Assembly: GCA_009772935.1 (NCBI GenBank)
Contig: WOUR01000015.1
Coordinates: 36,970-100,969, forward strand
Direction of reading: 5' to 3'
Length of the DNA stretch: 64,000 nt
DNA from: Rhodospirillaceae bacterium
GTDB taxonomy: Bacteria; Pseudomonadota; Alphaproteobacteria; Reyranellales; Reyranellaceae
Below the pieces are notes generated by a model. It did no database searches. It had not been told where the DNA came from and worked only from the letters and a program-made list of their open reading frames with translations. The position numbers were made by a program, and so were the translations under genes. Position 1 is the stretch's first letter. Every line of letters starts with the position of its first letter. Shown one piece after another: positions 32,742-42,455 of this stretch.

Positions 32742-34193
32742 TTATGGGGAGGATGGTGGCACGGTTCCCGGCCTCGGGTCGATGGGCAGCAGTCGATCGA
32801 ATCCCACCATTTTCTCGTAGAGCGCCGCGGCCTGCAGGAGCGCGGCCTCGCCGCGCGGCTTGCCAACGAGCTGCAATCCCACCGGCCGACCGAAACTGTC
32901 GAAGCCGCAGGGCACGGCGATCGCCGGGCTGCCGGTGACCGTGATGGCGGAGTTGAGCGTCGAGCCCGACATGTAGTTTTCCAGCTTCTTGCCGGCGATG
33001 GTCGCGGGCGCGCGCAGGTTGACGTCGAAGGCGGCGGTGGGTGCGCCGGGCGTCACCAGCAGGTCGTAGGTCTGGAAGAAGCCGAACATCCGCCGGTACA
33101 GCGCCGCGCGCTCGCGCTCGGCCCAGGCCAACTGGCTCGTCGTCTGCTTCTGGCCAAGCTCGGTGTTCCAGATGATGTCGGGTTTGAACTTGTCGCGATG
33201 CTGCTGGATCTGCAGCTCGCGATCGACGAGGAATTGCTGGCTGCGGAAGGCCATGAAGACCTCGTCGACGGGTCCGAAATCCGGCGAGACTTCCTCGACG
33301 ATGCAGCCCAGCTCCTCGAAGCGTTGCGCCATCTTCGTGCAGATCTCGCGGATCTCGCGATCGACCTCGAACCGGCCGCCGAAGTCGATGGTGAACGCGA
33401 CGCGTTTGGGCAGGACGGGATTGGCCACCGCGGCGCTGAACGACACCGCCGGAGCATCGAAGGTCATGGCGTCGTGCGGACAGAAGCCCGCCATCGTGTC
33501 GAGGAACAGTGCCAGGTCGGTGACGTTGCGCGCCATCGGCCCCTGCACCGACTGCGGCGAATAGAGATTGTTCGAGGTGCCGCGGGTCACGCGACCGGCC
33601 GACGGGCGGAGGCCGACCGTCGAGCAGTAGGTGCCGGGCCGCCGCAGAGAACCGCCATGGTCGGAGCCGTGCGCCAGCCAGACCTCGCCGGTCGCCACCG
33701 AGACGGAGCCGCCGCCGGTCGAGCCGCCGCAGGTGAGCGAAGTGTTCCAGGGATTGCGCGTGCGGCCGAAGACTTCGTTGAAGGTGCTGCCTCCGGCGCC
33801 GAACTCCGGCGTGTTCGACTTGCCCATCACGATGCCGCCCTTGCGCTCGATGCGCTCGACCAGCGGATTGGACTTCTCCGGCACATGGTCGGCGAAGATC
33901 GGCGAACCATAGGTGGTGCGCACGCCGGCCACGTCGGTCAGGTCCTTGATCGACACGGGAAGGCCGGCCAGCCAGCCTGCCTCACCCTCGGCCTCGTTGG
34001 CCTTGCCTTCCATGATCCGCTTCGCGTGATCGCGCGCGCGGTCGAGGCAGTGCGTGGGCATGGCGTTCACGGCAGGCTCGACCTGGGCCATGCGTGCTGC
34101 CGAAGCGTCCACCAGGTCGAGGGGCGAAATCTCCTTCTTCTTGAGGCGCGAAACGGCCTCGACTGCGGTAAGACGCCAAAGTTCGTTGCTCAT
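32742..34193 (-). CDS. amidase signature family protein
   Basis: GLPVSIKD, GKSNTPEFG, GGSTGG, GSDHGGSLRRP. Confidence 0.92.
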   Translation of the reverse strand: MSNELWRLTAVEAVSRLKKKEISPLDLVDASAARMAQVEPAVNAMPTHCLDRARDHAKRIMEGKANEAEGEAGWLAGLPVSIKDLTDVAGVRTTYGSPIFADHVPEKSNPLVERIERKGGIVMGKSNTPEFGAGGSTFNEVFGRTRNPWNTSLTCGGSTGGGSVSVATGEVWLAHGSDHGGSLRRPGTYCSTVGLRPSAGRVTRGTSNNLYSPQSVQGPMARNVTDLALFLDTMAGFCPHDAMTFDAPAVSFSAAVANPVLPKRVAFTIDFGGRFEVDREIREICTKMAQRFEELGCIVEEVSPDFGPVDEVFMAFRSQQFLVDRELQIQQHRDKFKPDIIWNTELGQKQTTSQLAWAERERAALYRRMFGFFQTYDLLVTPGAPTAAFDVNLRAPATIAGKKLENYMSGSTLNSAITVTGSPAIAVPCGFDSFGRPVGLQLVGKPRGEAALLQAAALYEKMVGFDRLLPIDPRPGTVPPSSP

Positions 34194-34327
34194 GCAGTGC
34201 CTCCAGCGACCACTCTGCCAGCCTTCGCCCGCGCCTGTCTGCCTTCTCTGTCGCGCAAAGCTGGTTTAGCTGCCCTGACCGCCTCGCATGCGCTTCGGCC
34301 CGATATTCGCCAACGAGGAAACGCACG

Positions 34328-35542
34328 ATGACAAACAATCCCGCCGAAGCCGCCGGACCGCTCAAAGGCCTGCGCATCGTCGACATCTCGACAGTCGTGG
34401 CCGGTCCGTTCGCGGCAGGACTGTTGGGCGACTATGGCGCCGAGATCGTGAAGGTCGAGATGCCGGGCGTCGGCGATTCGCTGCGCGCGCTGGCGCCTCA
34501 CAAGGATGGCGTGCCGCTGTGGTGGAAGGTCACCAACCGCAACAAGAAGGGCGTCACGCTCGATCTTCGACTGCCGGAAGGCCGCGAGCTGTTCGCGAAG
34601 CTGGTCGCCGATGCCGACGTGCTGGTCGAAAACTTCCGCCCGGGCACGCTCGACGGCTGGGGCATCACGCGCGCCTGGCTGCAAGGCCTCAATCCGCGTC
34701 TGACGATCCTACGCGTTACCGGCTTCGGCCAGAACGGGCCCTATGCCGGTCGGCCGGGCTTCGCCCGCATCTTCGAGGCGATGAGCGGCTTCACGCAGAT
34801 CTGTGGCGAGGAGGACGGGCGGCCGCTGCATCTCGGCTATCCGATCTCCGACGCCGTCGCCGGCCTGTTCGGCGCGGTGGGAATCCTCGCCGCCCTGCAC
34901 GATCTCGCGCAGCATCCCGAGCGGCGCGGCCAGGAGATCGACTGCTCCGCGACCGAAGCGATGATGCGCACGCTCGAATTCCTGGCCATCGAATACGACC
35001 AGCTCGGCGCCGTGCGCACGCGCTCGGGCAACCGCAGCCAGTATGCCGCGCCGGGCAACGTCTATCGCACCGCCGACGACAAGTGGGCGTCGATCGCGGC
35101 CTCGACCCAGAGCATTTTCGTGCGGCTCTGCGCGGCGCTCGACCTCAAGCACCTGCTGGAGGATCCGCGATTCGCCCTCAATCCGGCACGGGTGAAGAAC
35201 TATCGGGAACTCGACGAGATCGTCGGCGACGCCATCGGCAGACTGACCCTGGCCGAGCTGCGCGAGACCTTCACCCGTCACGAGGTCGGCTTCTCGCCGA
35301 TCTACGACATCGCCGACGTCTTCGCCGATCCGCAGTTCCAGGCCCGCCAGGCGATCGTAAGCGTGCCCGACGCCGAACTGGGCTCGGTGCGGATGCAGGG
35401 CGTGGTCCCGCGCTTCTCCGAGACGCCAGGCGCCGTGCGACATGCCGGCCCGGGGATGGGGCAGCACAACGAAGAAGTCTATGGCGGCCTGGGCCTGTCC
35501 GGGGCGGAGATCGCGGCGCTGAGGGCGCGCAAGGTCATCTAG
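34328..35542 (+). CDS. CaiB/BaiF family III CoA-transferase
   Basis: GPLKGLRIVD, RNKKGVTLDL, ADVLVENFRPG, GFGQNGPY. Confidence 0.93.
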   Translation: MTNNPAEAAGPLKGLRIVDISTVVAGPFAAGLLGDYGAEIVKVEMPGVGDSLRALAPHKDGVPLWWKVTNRNKKGVTLDLRLPEGRELFAKLVADADVLVENFRPGTLDGWGITRAWLQGLNPRLTILRVTGFGQNGPYAGRPGFARIFEAMSGFTQICGEEDGRPLHLGYPISDAVAGLFGAVGILAALHDLAQHPERRGQEIDCSATEAMMRTLEFLAIEYDQLGAVRTRSGNRSQYAAPGNVYRTADDKWASIAASTQSIFVRLCAALDLKHLLEDPRFALNPARVKNYRELDEIVGDAIGRLTLAELRETFTRHEVGFSPIYDIADVFADPQFQARQAIVSVPDAELGSVRMQGVVPRFSETPGAVRHAGPGMGQHNEEVYGGLGLSGAEIAALRARKVI

Positions 35543-35571
35543 CGGGCCGTCGAAAAAGCCCAGTCCTCGCG

Positions 35572-35598
35572 AATAAACGAAATAAACGCAATAAACGA
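35572..35598. repeat. three tandem 9-bp repeats AATAAACG(A/C)
   Basis: AATAAACGA-AATAAACGC-AATAAACGA read directly from the sequence. Confidence 0.85.
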
Positions 35599-35711
35599 AA
35601 CAGACAAAGGGAAAAAGGCAGGCGCTGATCTTAGGTATCATGGTACCGCTGTCGGGTCGTATTTCCTGCGGGCGCATGCAAAAACCCTCTTCCAACGGCC
35701 TGCCAGGGAGG

Positions 35712-36677
35712 ATGACGATGCTACGACGTGCGTTTGGTGCGCTTTCGCTCGCCACGTTGGCCGCGCCCTCGGCCCATGCGCAGGGCGAGAAGGTCGCGAA
35801 GCTGGTGGTCGGCTTTCCGGCCGGCCAGGCGACCGACATCGTCGCCCGGCTGCTGGCCGAGGCGCTGAAGCCCGAACTGGGCGAGACCGTCATCGTCGAC
35901 AACAAGCCGGGTCAGGGCGGCAGCATCGCGCTCGGCCTGGTCGCCCGCGCGGCGCCGGACGGCAGCACCTTCGTCCTGTCGCCGCTCGCCGCCCTGGCCA
36001 TCAATCCGCACCTCTACAAGAACGTCACCTACCAGAGCCTGACCAGCTTCGAGCCGGTGGCGCGCGTGTGCGATCTGCCGCTCGTGCTGGTGGTGCATCC
36101 GTCCCTGCCGGTGAAGACGCTGCCCGAGCTGATCGCCTACGCCAAGGCGAACCCCGACAAGCTCAGCCATCCCTCGTCGGGCAACGGCACGCTGAGCCAT
36201 GTCGCCATGGAGGAGCTGAAGGCCAAGGCCGGCATGCGCATTCTTCACGTGCCCTATCAGGGCAGCCCGCCGGCGATGAACGACCTCGTCGCTGGCACGG
36301 TGCAGGTCGCGATGGATACCGTCACCGTCACCAGGCCGCACATCGATGCCGGGCGACTGCGCCTGATCGCCGTCAGCACGCTCGACCGCCTGACCTTCTT
36401 CCCCGACACGCCGACCATCGCCGGGCAGGGCTTCCCCGGCCTCGAAGCCAGTGCGTGGCTGGCCGTCCTCCTGCCGGCGCAGACGCCCGCCGACAAGGTC
36501 AAGCGCCTGTCGGACGCCGTCGTGAAGGTGGTCGGCCTGCCGGACATCCAGAAGAAGTTCCTGGCCGTGGGCGCTATCCCGCACCCGATGGACGCGGCCC
36601 AGTTCACCGCGTTCCTGAAGAGCGAGGATCAGCGCTGGAGCAAGGTGATCTCCCAATCCGGCATCAAGGCAGACTGA
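35712..36677 (+). CDS. Bug/TctC tripartite tricarboxylate transporter substrate-binding protein
   Basis: VGFPAGQATDIVAR, DNKPGQGG, HVPYQGS, PDTPT; start approximate. Confidence 0.92.
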   Translation: MTMLRRAFGALSLATLAAPSAHAQGEKVAKLVVGFPAGQATDIVARLLAEALKPELGETVIVDNKPGQGGSIALGLVARAAPDGSTFVLSPLAALAINPHLYKNVTYQSLTSFEPVARVCDLPLVLVVHPSLPVKTLPELIAYAKANPDKLSHPSSGNGTLSHVAMEELKAKAGMRILHVPYQGSPPAMNDLVAGTVQVAMDTVTVTRPHIDAGRLRLIAVSTLDRLTFFPDTPTIAGQGFPGLEASAWLAVLLPAQTPADKVKRLSDAVVKVVGLPDIQKKFLAVGAIPHPMDAAQFTAFLKSEDQRWSKVISQSGIKAD

Positions 36678-37884
36678 CCATCTGCCGCCGGCGCTGGGCC
36701 GTGTAGAGAATGCCCAGCAGCATCAGGTTGAGCAGGTTGAAGGCGAGCGCGGACTGGAACGCCGACGTATAGGAAAGCGTCGCGTCGAAGATGAAGCCGC
36801 CCAGCCAACCGCCGGCCGCCATGCCGGCCATCGCGAACAGCATCACCACGCCGAGCCGCCAGCCGGCGATCGTCGGGCCGTAGAGGAAGCGCAGGTTGAG
36901 CGCATAGCCCTGCACGATCGCGATGAAGGGGATGCCGTGCAGCAGCGACAGCGCGTAGATGCCGTTGATGTCGCGCACGTAAAGGAAGCCGACCAGCGAG
37001 CCGATCTGGATCACCGAACAGAGCAGGCTGACGGGCAGCGGGCCGATGCGCTGGGCCAGGCGCGCCATGACGAAGGTGGCGACGATGGCCGACACCAGCA
37101 CCAGCGACACCGCCTCGGTGCCACGGGCCGCCGGATAACCGAGGTCGCCGCAGAACGCCACCATGTGCACGAAGGGGATCGCCATTGCCGCGCAGCAGCA
37201 GAAGCCGGCCGCCGACAGCAGCAGCATGATCGTCGAGGAGGGCAGCGGCAAATGAACCTTCTCCTCGCGCCGCCGCCCGCCCGGCCCGCGCAAGGTCGGC
37301 GCCGCGCGGACATAGAGTGCACCCAGCATCAGAAGCGCACCGGACGCCAGCCCGTAGACGAGCAGCGTGTCGCGCCAGCCGATCTCCGGCAGGAGAACGC
37401 GATAGACCTGCGGCCAGACCGAGCCGGCCACCGCCGGTCCGATGGAGATCAGCGCGACGGCCATGTTGCGGCGCTTCTCGAACCAGCCCTGCACGTTGTT
37501 CATCGCCGGCGTGAAGGTGCCGGCATTGCCGAAGAAGCCGAGCAGTATCGCGTAGCCGGCGTAAAGGGCGATCTCGCCGCCGCGCGAGGCGACCCATCCA
37601 CCCAGCGCGATCGAGAGGCCGGCGATCAGCAGCGGCACCCTCGGGCTGGTGCGATCGGCCAGCCAGCCCATGAAGACGCCGCCCACGCCCATGCCGAAGA
37701 AGCCCACCATGTAGGCAAAGGACGGTACGGCGCGCTGGTCGCCGAAATCGGCCGCCATTTCCTTGAGGCCGACCATGGGCAGGTAGATGCCGCCGCCGCC
37801 CAACGCGACGCAGGCCATAGAGACCAGCGCCAGCCGCCACGCATAGGCGCTGTCGATGCCCCTCCCCGGCGGGGCGACGCTCAC
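36664..37884 (-). CDS. MFS transporter
   Basis: About 12 TM segments; GWLADR motif. Confidence 0.85.
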   Translation of the reverse strand: MSVAPPGRGIDSAYAWRLALVSMACVALGGGGIYLPMVGLKEMAADFGDQRAVPSFAYMVGFFGMGVGGVFMGWLADRTSPRVPLLIAGLSIALGGWVASRGGEIALYAGYAILLGFFGNAGTFTPAMNNVQGWFEKRRNMAVALISIGPAVAGSVWPQVYRVLLPEIGWRDTLLVYGLASGALLMLGALYVRAAPTLRGPGGRRREEKVHLPLPSSTIMLLLSAAGFCCCAAMAIPFVHMVAFCGDLGYPAARGTEAVSLVLVSAIVATFVMARLAQRIGPLPVSLLCSVIQIGSLVGFLYVRDINGIYALSLLHGIPFIAIVQGYALNLRFLYGPTIAGWRLGVVMLFAMAGMAAGGWLGGFIFDATLSYTSAFQSALAFNLLNLMLLGILYTAQRRRQMVSLP

Positions 37885-40121
37885 TCGCGGGCCAGCGCCG
37901 CCGCAGCCGCCTTCTCGGCGTCGAGCACCTGGTCGTCATCCATCAGCACGGTGACCTTGCGCAGCTTGCCGGTGAAGGCGAACGGCGCCTCATAATGCGA
38001 GACCGGGCTCGACCGGTCGCGGCCGATGTCGAGGCCCGACCAGGAGATGAAGCTCACGAAGCCGTTCTGGGTGTCGAAGCTGCCCGCCGGCTCGCCGTCG
38101 ATCAGGATCGTGGCGAGGTTGCGCCCCTGGTTGCGGCGCATCCGGACCGCCAGCCTGCGGTTGCCGGCCGGAACAGGACGGTCGGAGACGATCAGGTGAT
38201 GCTCGCCGCCGATGTTCATGTCGTAGGCGAGCTTGCCGTCCTTCATGTAGAGCGAGTAGCCGGTGGTGGCATCGCCATGTGCGATCAGCACCCCCTCGGT
38301 CATCGGCCCGTCGACCTGCACATCGGCTTCGATCGTGTAGGTCCGGTTGCGCACGTCGGGCGCCACGTCGGTCGGGACGTGGCCCATGCCGGCATGGAAC
38401 ACGAAGCGGTTGCGCGGCCCGTGGAAGCGCTTGGCATTGTCGGCGAAGCGCGGCGCGAAGCGGTCGTCGAGCGGCAGCACCTTGCTCGCCTCGGCCTGCC
38501 GCCACCATTCCTCGATCATCGCCTTCAGGCGCTCGGGCTCCTTCTCGGCGAGATCGTTGGTCTCGTTGAAGTCCTGGTCGAGATGGTAGAGTTCCCACTT
38601 GTCGTTGGCAAAGTCGGCGCCCGGCGGGTGGAAGGAGACCGCCTTCCAGCCGTCCTGCACCAGGCCGCGATGGCCGAACATCTCGAAGTATTGTGGCTTG
38701 GCCTTGGACTTGGCCTTGGCGTTCTTCAGGCTCTTCGCGAAGCTGGTGCCCTCGAGCGGCATCTGCTTGACGCCGTTGATCACCTTGGGCGGCTTGATGC
38801 CGACGACGTCGAGCAGGGTCGGCACGAGGTCGCTGGCATGGCAGAACTGGTGGCGCAGCTCGCCGCGCGCGGCGATGCCCTTGTCCCAGGCCATCACCAG
38901 CGGATCGCGGATGCCACCGCCATGGGTGTTCTGCTTGTAGCGGCGCAGCGGCGTGTTGGCCGCCATCGCCCACCCCCACGGGAAGTTCGAATGCGTGTCG
39001 GGGCCGCCGATATCCTCGATACGCGCGATCTTCTCCTCGAGCGATTCGCGACGGAGGTTGTAGGGACCCATGGCGTTGATCATGCCGAACGGGCCGCCTT
39101 CCTGGCTGGCGCCATTGTCGGACATGACGATGACCAGCGTGTCGTCGAGCTGGCCGCTGCTCTCGAGGAAGGCCATCAGGCGGCCGATATGCTGGTCGGC
39201 ATGGTCGAGCATGGCGGCGTAGGCGGCCTGGAGCCGGGTGAAGAGGCGGCGCTCCGGCTCGGCGATCTCGGTCCAGGCACGCACGGAATCGTTGCGCGGC
39301 GGCAGCTGCGTGCCCTTCGGCACGACGCCCATCTCGATCTGGCGCGCGAGGCGCTTTTCACGCTCGGCGTCCCAGCCTTCGGCGAATACCTGGTCGTACT
39401 TGGAAACGAGGTTGAATGGCGCCTGGTGGGGCGCATGGCAGGCGCCGAAGGCCACCCAGGTGAGCCAGGGAATCTCGGCATTGTCGGCGACGTGATCGGC
39501 GAGATAGCGGATCGCCTGGTCGACCAGGTCCGATGTCAGGTGATAGCCGGTGGCGAAGGTGCCCGGCGGATCGACCGGCGTGTTGTCGCGCACCAGCTCC
39601 GGCGCAAACTGATCGGTCTCGGCATCCATGAAGCCGTAGTAGCGGTCGAAGCCGCGGCCGAGCGGCCAGCCATCGAACGGCCCGGTCGCGCCGGACTCGG
39701 TGAGCGGCGTCACATGCCACTTGCCCAGCATGTAGTTGCGATAGCCGTGCGGGCGCAGCATCTCGGCGATGGTGCCCGCCTCGCGGCTGATCTTGCCGCG
39801 ATAGCCCGGATAGCCCGAATCGAAGTTGGCGAGGCAGCCGACGCCGACCGAATGATGGTTGCGGCCGGTCAGAAGGGCCGCCCGCGTGGTCGAGCACATG
39901 GCCGTCGTATGGAAGCCGGTGTAGCGAAGGCCGCGCTTGGCGATGGCGTCGATGGCGGGTGTCTCGATCGGCGAGCCGTAGCAGCCGAAGTCCGAGAAGC
40001 CGACATCGTCGAACAGGATGACCAGGATATTGGGCGCGCCTTTGGGCCGCTTGGGTCCTTCGGGCCAGTGGGGCTGCGAGTCCTGGACCGTCTTGCCGAT
40101 CTTGCCGCCGTGTTCGGTCAT
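37881..40121 (-). CDS. arylsulfatase-family protein
   Basis: PNILVILFDDVG, CSTTRAALLTGRNHH, GKWH, SDNGAS, ELYHL..DFNE. Confidence 0.92.
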   Translation of the reverse strand: MTEHGGKIGKTVQDSQPHWPEGPKRPKGAPNILVILFDDVGFSDFGCYGSPIETPAIDAIAKRGLRYTGFHTTAMCSTTRAALLTGRNHHSVGVGCLANFDSGYPGYRGKISREAGTIAEMLRPHGYRNYMLGKWHVTPLTESGATGPFDGWPLGRGFDRYYGFMDAETDQFAPELVRDNTPVDPPGTFATGYHLTSDLVDQAIRYLADHVADNAEIPWLTWVAFGACHAPHQAPFNLVSKYDQVFAEGWDAEREKRLARQIEMGVVPKGTQLPPRNDSVRAWTEIAEPERRLFTRLQAAYAAMLDHADQHIGRLMAFLESSGQLDDTLVIVMSDNGASQEGGPFGMINAMGPYNLRRESLEEKIARIEDIGGPDTHSNFPWGWAMAANTPLRRYKQNTHGGGIRDPLVMAWDKGIAARGELRHQFCHASDLVPTLLDVVGIKPPKVINGVKQMPLEGTSFAKSLKNAKAKSKAKPQYFEMFGHRGLVQDGWKAVSFHPPGADFANDKWELYHLDQDFNETNDLAEKEPERLKAMIEEWWRQAEASKVLPLDDRFAPRFADNAKRFHGPRNRFVFHAGMGHVPTDVAPDVRNRTYTIEADVQVDGPMTEGVLIAHGDATTGYSLYMKDGKLAYDMNIGGEHHLIVSDRPVPAGNRRLAVRMRRNQGRNLATILIDGEPAGSFDTQNGFVSFISWSGLDIGRDRSSPVSHYEAPFAFTGKLRKVTVLMDDDQVLDAEKAAAAALARE

Positions 40122-40209
40122 GCGTTTCCTCTTTGGTTGCCGTGGTTGTCCAACACTTGGGCAGCGCGATCAACCTTGTCGCGGTTCATGCCACTTGTTA
40201 GGGAAAGTC

Positions 40210-40974
40210 ATGGCTCATTTCACGTCTGACGGCCTCGACCTCGCCTACGACGAATTCGGTCCGGCCGACGGCCGCAAGGCGATCGTGCTGGTGCACGGCT
40301 TTTCCGCCAACCGCACTGAGAACTGGAAGCGCATGGGCTGGTACGACGCCATCTCCGCCAAGGGTCTACGCGGCTTCGCGCTCGACAATCGAGGCCATGG
40401 CGAGAGCGCCAAGCCGCACGATCCTGCACTCTACGATCGCGAGGCGATGGCCCGCGATGTTTTTGCATTGATGGACCATGCCGGTGTCGAGCGCGCACAC
40501 GTGCTGGGTTTCTCGATGGGCGCGCACATCGCGCTGACGGCCGCCCTGCTCGATTCCGGCCGTATCGATCATCTCGTGGTCGCGGGCGTGGGCGGCAGAC
40601 TGTTCGATCCGCCGCGCGCCGAAGGCGCCATGGCGGAGGCCATGGAAGCCGCCATCCCCGACGACATCGCCGATCCGATGCTGAAGAGCTTCCGCCACTT
40701 CGCCGACGAACAGAAGGAAGACCGGCTGGCGCTGGCCGCCTGCTCGCGCGGGCCGCGCCTGCCGCTCACCCGCGACTCGCTGATGGCGATCCGCCGCCCG
40801 ACGCTCGTCGTCGCCGGCGCCCGCGATCAGCTCGCCGGCCCGCCGCAGGGACTGGCCGACGCCATCCCCGGCGCCAAGGCGGTTACCCTGCCGGGCTGCG
40901 ATCACTTTTCCTGCATCGGCCATCCGATGTTCAAGGCCACCGTGTTCGACTTCTTCGACGGCTGGCTCGAGTAG
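40210..40974 (+). CDS. alpha/beta hydrolase
   Basis: LVHGF, DNRGHGES, GFSMG nucleophile elbow, C-terminal His. Confidence 0.9.
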   Translation: MAHFTSDGLDLAYDEFGPADGRKAIVLVHGFSANRTENWKRMGWYDAISAKGLRGFALDNRGHGESAKPHDPALYDREAMARDVFALMDHAGVERAHVLGFSMGAHIALTAALLDSGRIDHLVVAGVGGRLFDPPRAEGAMAEAMEAAIPDDIADPMLKSFRHFADEQKEDRLALAACSRGPRLPLTRDSLMAIRRPTLVVAGARDQLAGPPQGLADAIPGAKAVTLPGCDHFSCIGHPMFKATVFDFFDGWLE

Positions 40975-40978
40975 CCGC

Positions 40979-41698
40979 GTGGCACGCGTCAGCTTCAAGT
41001 CGATCCAGGCGCGCGCCGCCAGGCGCAAGGGCGGCGAGCAGGCGCTGGCGGCCCTGTTGCCGAAAAAGCGCGACAACAAGGAACTGGCGAAGCTGACCGA
41101 CGACCGCGTGCTGGCGGAGATGGCGCGCCGCGTCTTCTGCGCCGGCTTCGTGTGGAGCGTCATCGACAAGAAGTGGCCGGGCTTCGAGGAAGCCTTCCTC
41201 GGCTTCAACCCGAAGCGGCTCCTGTTCCAGCCGAGCGAATTCTGGGAGGGCCTTACGCGGGATACGCGCATCGTGCGCAACCCGACCAGCATCAGGTCGG
41301 TGCGAGAGAACGCGAAGTTCGTCACCGAGGTCGCGGCGGAGCATGGCAGCTTCGGCAAGTTCCTCGCCGCCTGGCCGGCCGACGACCAGATCGGCCTGCT
41401 GGAAGTCTTTGCCAAACGCGGTTCCCGGCTGGGCGGCTTCTCCGGCCAGTACCTGCTGCGGTTCCTCGGCCGCGATTCCTTCATCCTGACCGGCGATCTG
41501 ATGATGTGCCTGCGCGATGCCGGCGTGCCGATCAGCGAGAAGGGGACTTCCAAGAAGGACCAGAAGCTTGCCCAGGCGCAGATCAATGCCTGGGCGGCGG
41601 AGAGCGGCCTGCCCCTCACCCACATTTCCCGGATCTGCGCCCTGTCGATCGGCGAGAACCACGATGCCGCGCGCCTCGCGGAAACCATGCGGACGTGA
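40979..41698 (+). CDS. DNA-3-methyladenine glycosylase I (Tag)-like protein
   Basis: FCAGFVWSVIDKKWPGFEEAF.GF, IVRN; GTG start. Confidence 0.75.
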   Translation: MARVSFKSIQARAARRKGGEQALAALLPKKRDNKELAKLTDDRVLAEMARRVFCAGFVWSVIDKKWPGFEEAFLGFNPKRLLFQPSEFWEGLTRDTRIVRNPTSIRSVRENAKFVTEVAAEHGSFGKFLAAWPADDQIGLLEVFAKRGSRLGGFSGQYLLRFLGRDSFILTGDLMMCLRDAGVPISEKGTSKKDQKLAQAQINAWAAESGLPLTHISRICALSIGENHDAARLAETMRT

Positions 41699-41700
41699 CC

Positions 41701-42444
41701 ATGACGAATATCCTGCTGATCAATCCCAACACCACGAAGTCGATCACCGATCTCGTCCTCAAGACGGCCAAGGGCTTTGCCTCCAAGGGCACGCGCCTGC
41801 GGGCGCTCACCGGTTCCTTCGGCCCCCGCTACATCGCCTCGCGCGCGGGCTATGCCATCGCGAGCCATGCGGCGCTCGACGCCTACGCCAACGATCGCGG
41901 ACCGAAGGATGCGGTCGTGTTGGCCTGCTTCGGCGATCCCGGCCTCGCGGCCCTGAAGGAGGTCAGTCCGGTGCCGGTCGTGGGCATGGCTGATGCGTCG
42001 ATCCTGCAAGCCTGCGCCATGGGCAACCGCTTCTCGATCGTCACCGGCGGCGAGCGCTGGAAGTCGATGCTGGAAGAATTCGTCGCCAACCACGGCCTCT
42101 CCTCGCGCCTCGCCTCCGTGCGCACCGTGGCGCCGACCGGCGCCGACATCGCGCGCGACCCCAAGGCCGCCATGGAATTGCTGGCACAAGGCTGCTCCGC
42201 CTGCGTGAAGGACGGCGCCGACGTCGTGATCCTGGGCGGCGCCGGACTGGCCGGCCTTGCCGCCAAGCTGAAGCCGATGGTCGACGCCCCTCTTCTCGAT
42301 GGGGTGGCCTGCGCCATCTCGATGGCCGAGGGGCTCGCCCTGCAGAAGCTCGCCAAAGCCACCAATGGTGCACTTGCGAAGCCGGGCGCCGTCGACAGCA
42401 TCAAACTCTCCAGGGGACTTTCGAAGCTGCTGCAATCGCCCTAG
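41701..42444 (+). CDS. Asp/Glu/hydantoin racemase family protein
   Basis: LINPNTT, LACFGDPG, VILGGAGL (second catalytic Cys apparently absent). Confidence 0.85.
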   Translation: MTNILLINPNTTKSITDLVLKTAKGFASKGTRLRALTGSFGPRYIASRAGYAIASHAALDAYANDRGPKDAVVLACFGDPGLAALKEVSPVPVVGMADASILQACAMGNRFSIVTGGERWKSMLEEFVANHGLSSRLASVRTVAPTGADIARDPKAAMELLAQGCSACVKDGADVVILGGAGLAGLAAKLKPMVDAPLLDGVACAISMAEGLALQKLAKATNGALAKPGAVDSIKLSRGLSKLLQSP

Positions 42445-42455
42445 GGTCCGTCCTC

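Noticed and set aside
37995-40229. 744-aa plus-strand ORF (likewise 48231..50459, 40366..42435, 6913..8310, 29533..30813)
   Set aside because: Each is a codon-symmetric antisense shadow of a well-supported gene.
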